Below, piece after piece: positions 63,044-64,000 of a stretch of 64,000 bases of DNA. The notes below the pieces were generated by a model. That model searched no databases, was not told the origin of the DNA, and saw nothing but the letters and a program-made list of their open reading frames with translations. A program made the translations under genes and the position numbers. The stretch covers positions 49,579 to 113,578 of the forward strand of contig CACDUZ010000003.1 of the NCBI GenBank assembly GCA_902556105.1, read 5' to 3'. The stretch is from an uncultured SAR86 cluster bacterium. GTDB taxonomy: Bacteria; Pseudomonadota; Gammaproteobacteria; Magnimaribacterales; D2472. The first letter of the stretch is position 1; every line of letters begins with the position of its first letter.

Positions 63044-64000
63044 ATGACAATTGAAGAAAAGGTTGGGCAAATGTTTCATCCACCCTTCACTCTTAAACCA
63101 GATATATGGATGTTGATATATGAGATTGCTATAAGAGGAAATAAATCAACAGAAGCGCAAATACTTTTCGACAATATTTCTCATTTCAATCTTTATGGGA
63201 ATCCTAGTCCTGCAGAATTAGCAAATAAGATTAACCATTTTCAAGAGATAGCTTCAAGATCAAGATTAGGAGTACCTATAACAATAAGTTCTGATCCTAT
63301 CCATGAAGTTCCTAAAGGTGGCGGAGTTGCATCCTTTTCAGTAGATGGTTTTTCAAAGTGGCCATCTCAATTAGGATTCGCCGCAACAAACGACTCATTA
63401 ATAATTAAAAACTTTGCACAGATTGTAAAAGAAGAATACTTGGCGGTTGGAATTAGAACAGCGCTTCATCCAATGTCAGATTTAGCGACTGACCCAAGGT
63501 GGGCTAGAAATTTTGGAACTTTTGGATCTAATGCACTACTGTCTTCTGATATGACAATTGCATACATGAATGGATTTCAGGGAAACACTATAAGTAGTGA
63601 AAGCGTTTTAACGATGGTGAAACATTTTCCCGGTGGCGGCCCTCAACAAAAAGGACTAGACCCTCATTTATATAGCGGGAGAAATCAAACTTATCCTGGT
63701 AATAATTTTGATTATCATCTTATTCCCTTTAAGGATGCTATTAATAATAATCTCAAAGTAATAATGCCATATTATGGAATACCTATTGGTCAAACCAATG
63801 AAGATGTAGCTATGGCTTACAATGAATATATTCTTACTGATTTGCTTCGAGAAGAGCTTGGTTTTAGAGGAGTTATTTGTTCAGATTGGGGAATCATAAC
63901 TGGAAGGCATTGGGGTGTAGATGAACTTTCGATTGCAGATAGATATGAAAAATCTATCAATGCTGGTATTGATCAATATGGTGGAGAGACAGAAACATCT
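63044..64000 (+). CDS. glycoside hydrolase family 3 (beta-glucosidase/BglX-like), 3'-partial at the window end and probably 5'-truncated
   Basis: Not in the ORF track because there is no stop before the window end. Hand translation gives MTIEEKVGQMFHPP..., KHFPGGGPQ and GFRGVICSDW (nucleophile Asp). The frame is open back to 62951, inside the right IR, with no earlier start codon. Confidence 0.85.
   Translation, partial: MTIEEKVGQMFHPPFTLKPDIWMLIYEIAIRGNKSTEAQILFDNISHFNLYGNPSPAELANKINHFQEIASRSRLGVPITISSDPIHEVPKGGGVASFSVDGFSKWPSQLGFAATNDSLIIKNFAQIVKEEYLAVGIRTALHPMSDLATDPRWARNFGTFGSNALLSSDMTIAYMNGFQGNTISSESVLTMVKHFPGGGPQQKGLDPHLYSGRNQTYPGNNFDYHLIPFKDAINNNLKVIMPYYGIPIGQTNEDVAMAYNEYILTDLLREELGFRGVICSDWGIITGRHWGVDELSIADRYEKSINAGIDQYGGETETS

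Noticed and set aside
1-64000. Scan for CRISPR arrays, IS elements or transposases, integrases, rRNA operons and recognisable defence-system genes (restriction-modification, toxin-antitoxin, helicase or nuclease clusters).
   Set aside because: No non-coding stretch longer than about 340 nt exists, and no direct-repeat/spacer periodicity was seen. None of the ORFs shows transposase, recombinase or typical defence motifs. The SMC-like ATPase is explained by its conserved smc-zipA-lig context.

Overview
This is an AT-rich, very gene-dense chromosomal window with short spacers and many overlapping or abutting start and stop codons. It looks like a streamlined marine gammaproteobacterium. The evidence is gamma-type synteny (alaS-lysC...tRNA-Ser(GCU), smc-zipA-ligase), a complete System I ccmABCDEFGH cluster, and four large TonB-dependent receptors (TBDRs). 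A SAR86-like lineage is my guess only and cannot be proven from this window.

Most genes are housekeeping:
- Translation: alaS, cysS, thrS, and tRNA-Ser(GCU), tRNA-Arg(CCU), tRNA-Leu(UAG).
- Metabolism: lysC, folE, maf, rocD, metY, a dihydroorotase-like amidohydrolase, and two acyl-CoA dehydrogenases.
- Other: an M16 protease, an alkyl-sulfatase-like MBL protein and a secreted Zn-metalloprotease.

The accessory-looking parts are:
1. Three tandem, anciently duplicated TBDR paralogs (24.2-32.9 kb), each with its own promoter-like motif, G-run Shine-Dalgarno sequence and terminator.
2. The region downstream of tRNA-Leu (56.9-63.0 kb). A decayed direct copy of the tRNA 3' end closes a one-gene islet. 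A perfect 40-bp inverted repeat carrying the same tRNA-like core brackets a 4.9-kb cassette (TBDR, beta-propeller-like protein, cytochrome P450, MFS fragment). Both repeat edges coincide with truncated genes.
3. An smc-zipA-ligase block in which SMC is only 732 aa with no recognisable hinge, ZipA is minimal, and the ligase is a T7-like ATP-dependent enzyme sitting where NAD-dependent ligA normally lies.

I saw no CRISPR array, rRNA, transposase, integrase or recognisable defence genes. All function calls come from motif and synteny recognition by eye. No database search or computation beyond hand alignment was done.
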